From Kiritimatiellia bacterium (GTDB taxonomy: Bacteria; Verrucomicrobiota; Kiritimatiellia; RFP12; UBA1067), in NCBI GenBank assembly GCA_045537795.1, contig JAZSQE010000068.1, forward strand, positions 56,252-120,251: a stretch of 64,000 nt of DNA, written 5' to 3'. Made by a program: the position numbers and the translations under genes. Below are positions 63,201 to 64,000 of the stretch, piece by piece (position 1 is the first letter of the stretch; every line of letters starts with the position of its first letter). Below the pieces are notes generated by a model. That model saw nothing but the letters and a program-made list of their open reading frames with translations. It was not told the origin of the DNA and ran no database searches.

Positions 63201-64000
63201 TTTTTCGCCTTTACAGTTCTCGTCCGTCGGCTCTTTACCCTCGATCGTCTGCATAGCATACTCGATGACCAACTTAAACCCTTCCGGATCTCGTCCGGTC
63301 CCCCCGTTGACCGCATCAAGATAAACGGTGCCGACACCGTTTGAAAAACAGCCCGAATAAACACACGCATCCGTCGTATTGCGCATCACCACATGGCTTG
63401 TGGTAGCGCGGGTGGCGAGGGCGGCACCAGTCCTATGTAATGACGCGACATCATAATGAAGCGAATTATCTGACCAAGGAAGATAATTCTGGTTTGGTAC
63501 AAGACCCATTGTGCCAGATCCAGTTTTGGGGTACAAATTGCCGTGACGGCAGTCTTTAAGTTGCCATAATATCCGACCGTAATCCTTCGTATAAAGAGTT
63601 GAATATATCTCTTTCTTCAAATTAGGAAACGCCGAAACCGTCGCGGCATCTGTCGCGTTATGATTCCAGAATGACGGAACATCCGATTTCTTGAAACCGT
63701 AGTTATCGGCGTCACGATACGCCTGATAGTCGACAAGCGGGTATTGCCTCGTGCCGCCGTGCGTAAAGTCATTGTTCATCAACAAAATACGACCCGACAA
63801 TGTCAAGTTCGTTCTCCCGTTTTCATCGACAATGCCGTCCGACAAATCGGGGTTCGGGCTATGGCCCATAATCGCGAAGTCGATACGGCGCTTTTCGCCG
63901 ATAAGCGCGACGTTTTCAAGAGCGCTCTGAGTAAACTCGGCGACATAACTGCCGCGCACGACGGGGAATTCATTCGTCGGGTCGAGACGCGGGAGAACGA
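57249..64000 (-). CDS. Giant protein of more than 2250 aa, 5'-truncated by the window edge; beta-rich, with a lamin-tail-like domain; function unknown
   Basis: The track ORF 57249..63959 begins at an internal GTG. My translation of 63960-64000 in the same frame (..VLPRLDPTNEFPV) has no stop, so the gene continues past the window. The composition is W/Y/N/G/T-rich and beta-sandwich-like. I recognised no TM segment, catalytic motif or C-terminal sorting signal; the protein ends ..EMLEPDSTYK. Confidence 0.85.
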   Translation of the reverse strand, partial: VLPRLDPTNEFPVVRGSYVAEFTQSALENVALIGEKRRIDFAIMGHSPNPDLSDGIVDENGRTNLTLSGRILLMNNDFTHGGTRQYPLVDYQAYRDADNYGFKKSDVPSFWNHNATDAATVSAFPNLKKEIYSTLYTKDYGRILWQLKDCRHGNLYPKTGSGTMGLVPNQNYLPWSDNSLHYDVASLHRTGAALATRATTSHVVMRNTTDACVYSGCFSNGVGTVYLDAVNGGTGRDPEGFKLVIEYAMQTIEGKEPTDENCKGEKYDDGWDYQTKLEGMWQTATVVPMIKENDNKFTALSPTNEVALNIQTGGTYENFYRLRATLNIRKPVRIRIRRTSVVPEALVESNYILLDNIIVSPPAQFAELVSCGRYDEEKFGKSTLGYEGAFTKPFPAFTDNEGVFGRAKAVWQTPPADGDAIISAVMHYRWRYLNQSVGEWKSVYLDPDDSLKSIEPLQFEKGAEGDIEYYFTGTMQATYFEYSDYSGCGVADPLGGWTEEKTRIETRNEPLTPLASGGTDWFVRLRNGQSDRALVKVSVQGHEGAQELTGEYPMELVDDYMWRALVPISTNVNGRCSFAFVGCDLQASGADEFVTNSVFWGVAAAGVTNDIPASGKLVVDGERVTFEIDHAAGFIEFKMSEKFMTFSAARAEYQPFNNWHDIAPRDDSKKFLMSGVETNSVNLVEMKTLSLNMADWNIYDTTNGNWRETFYLPDYSGDAKYPYEVLFASHDTPNGWSAKQVTFVPQSLSTYDPKKQDHETGMSAKLLGQGKGSLDYTRTSIDPPDGLDMIKFRARIGQSITHDAVAYDMATWANENYTFFAPATMSQACPTNGLSLGDMAVGGAISLFAYYIPYYGGYEFRVERRHKGASYIMSVRKWKNVAGAMTYDTLAVTTNDVSWAWTEKEEGEGDDDWRKKYFGFFISCENQNDGAVKIAGGISTSTATPSLNTPAEEFFGDMTYNGIVCTDSSSAYSYGYTGLAAKDCPAQFLLPVCFNERIYPKDGAASIFAANGAFKAKTLTLDEAGDEANFTACREGLAGGRQWAVPSKRLEIYQNGAINLQCYGLRTPTNLAQKAVVKLRPHGSDSEDDWETFAEVEISNYALADGYHERVVRRPGEWDVRFTTGGDAVDIVYDDLEMTQWNVDDIENLSYKEEDFAYTQGMVEKKGGANRLVLMPARADVSKPVSLRSPLLDGMGKISFRVGALAPEAEVWVQMATNNVEGNLTGSGGYNYSLKEAPAGQGAAYGEWITLEKFKVSDGTLTENSERSVYVGLHDNRSNPVKGVFRLLVPSNVVASAIAASTKAPDFKPDEAKMEIVSCTVWDEPGFCERSWRGWNLRGIGDEEDSESRMYLADLMTGGAGHGLSAALNNSLNDLVIAPGDSERAKSFYPAIVSPTFGDVGDKKPGIGSVSYKARLYSTASEPDLNNLPGRIVIYGSLDSTSDNWTPVCTNWIYSQTLTNFTWSAGDVSYRAVKFEITNPSGEKVSDAAEVARVVLDEVVVSEKIRPAVNFRYAMPFRMNLLNSEIIKDILSPNEQPIAGESWGVQAALSLEQLADEIDVERGFDVTLSYYPGTNVWGYLAWRDHAKEYKLTCVDSSNLVFRSVMDVPQSLVSPSATGGEVVQFMVNVKYWDRGGNEYTRRLDADNWQQPKWYYPVDHNRAYGGDTDPNRFSAYTIIDTVSPGRAWINEVNWNDGKDSKEKENDQFIELAVPSGVDLTNWRVFITEKNGKSANIYTLKRANSASKISSTATNGYSFYVIQSPNAQNSGSFKLVDGTLADGTWSQSGIPESSSMPSGRIRFNEPYQFELYRPSGVLEHQIVIQGTNEFANMPALAHYNSGLNLVKTLNALDDSTRRFYAGEECATLPGSGIFSSIGVVGGNKEGEPPPGGEGTWSNEMRLTPGAPNEGQIIPEGWFLVPNGTNVWIYASVLGEGIAQSIGGETNRSLLVVMPSSASTSIVYTVARYHEVAAITVNGVTNVAHGTPVLTDGELKYSFDIVEPKETMYINATAGYDNRLSTKWGLDLNDRYTPSIVNWLTNGWPDKNLDDVQIATYKGLSENSVETPLTLKSMYWLDMDPFYGDGGKSHLRLRGDISYGPVAYDFPLHTGLILTNQRVRLKIFIEDLDKNTTNRIARMRGLDDSVSDDPSTYPIGWRSASLKILGKLQLQKNDAWLPFRTFVLTKDSVYDGDHPQYPYEAVIDIIDPFSIMSPGYSYGWTKYANTQMFFKWTINELAQPVTTEMLEPDSTYK
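58540..58950 (-). other. Lamin-tail-domain (LTD)-like segment inside the giant ORF
   Basis: WINEVNWNDG....NDQFIELAVPSGVDLTNWRVF matches the INE(V/I)...(E/Q)(F/W)IEL.N.....(V/I)DL.GW pattern of bacterial LTD domains. I recognise this from memory and the boundaries are approximate. Confidence 0.45.

Noticed and set aside
1-64000. I scanned for mobile elements, defence systems, toxin-antitoxin pairs, prophage genes and rRNA.
   Set aside because: I recognised no transposase, integrase, recombinase, Cas, restriction-modification, Abi, TA or phage structural motif in any frame. The only accessory-looking segment is 10528-11871, and it lacks identifiable mobility genes or flanking direct repeats.

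Overview
This is a densely packed 64-kb chromosomal window from a GC-rich diderm bacterium, as shown by LptD, LpxK, SecY and many Tat-type signal peptides. The gene content includes Tat-exported Gfo/Idh/MocA oxidoreductases, xylose-isomerase-like TIM-barrel proteins, a GH109-like enzyme and giant secreted TPR proteins. This resembles glycan-degrading PVC-group bacteria (Lentisphaerota, Kiritimatiellota, Verrucomicrobiota), but that placement is inference only. I support about 43 protein genes (two run off the window edges) and one tRNA-Ser. Roughly three quarters lie on the minus strand, and many are joined by stop/start overlaps (ATGA, GTGA, TGATG). From left to right the blocks are: (1) hemW-like fragment, metK and tRNA-Ser. 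(2) An amino-sugar block: nagA, a lipoprotein mutarotase, a UDP-GlcNAc-pyrophosphorylase-like gene, a secreted beta-helix protein, alr and a secreted 700-aa unknown. (3) An AT-rich island with an iteron-like tandem repeat array, an orphan gene and dinB. (4) A minus-strand run headed by secY: a GH109-like gene, GtrA, an M18 aminopeptidase, two Tat-Gfo genes and two Tat-TIM-barrel genes. (5) A plus-strand operon: Gfo, a Zn-ribbon protein, clpC, DUF721, an orphan SBP and pnuC. (6) A long minus-strand run: short-form metH, YibE/F, alkaline phosphatase and three signal-peptide TPR proteins, one of 2498 aa. (7) lpxK, lptD, rng, rodA, mrdA and mreDCB. (8) A protein of more than 2250 aa with a lamin-tail-like domain that runs off the right edge. 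I saw no rRNA, CRISPR array, transposase, integrase or recognisable defence gene. The most unusual items are the 11.4-kb three-gene TPR/giant-protein cluster with a shared repeated module signature, the second giant ORF, the iteron-like island, the Zn-ribbon gene coupled to clpC, and a recurrent TGGTATAAT extended -10 that in three cases sits 8-9 nt from an ATG. All functional calls come from motif recognition by eye; no database search was possible.
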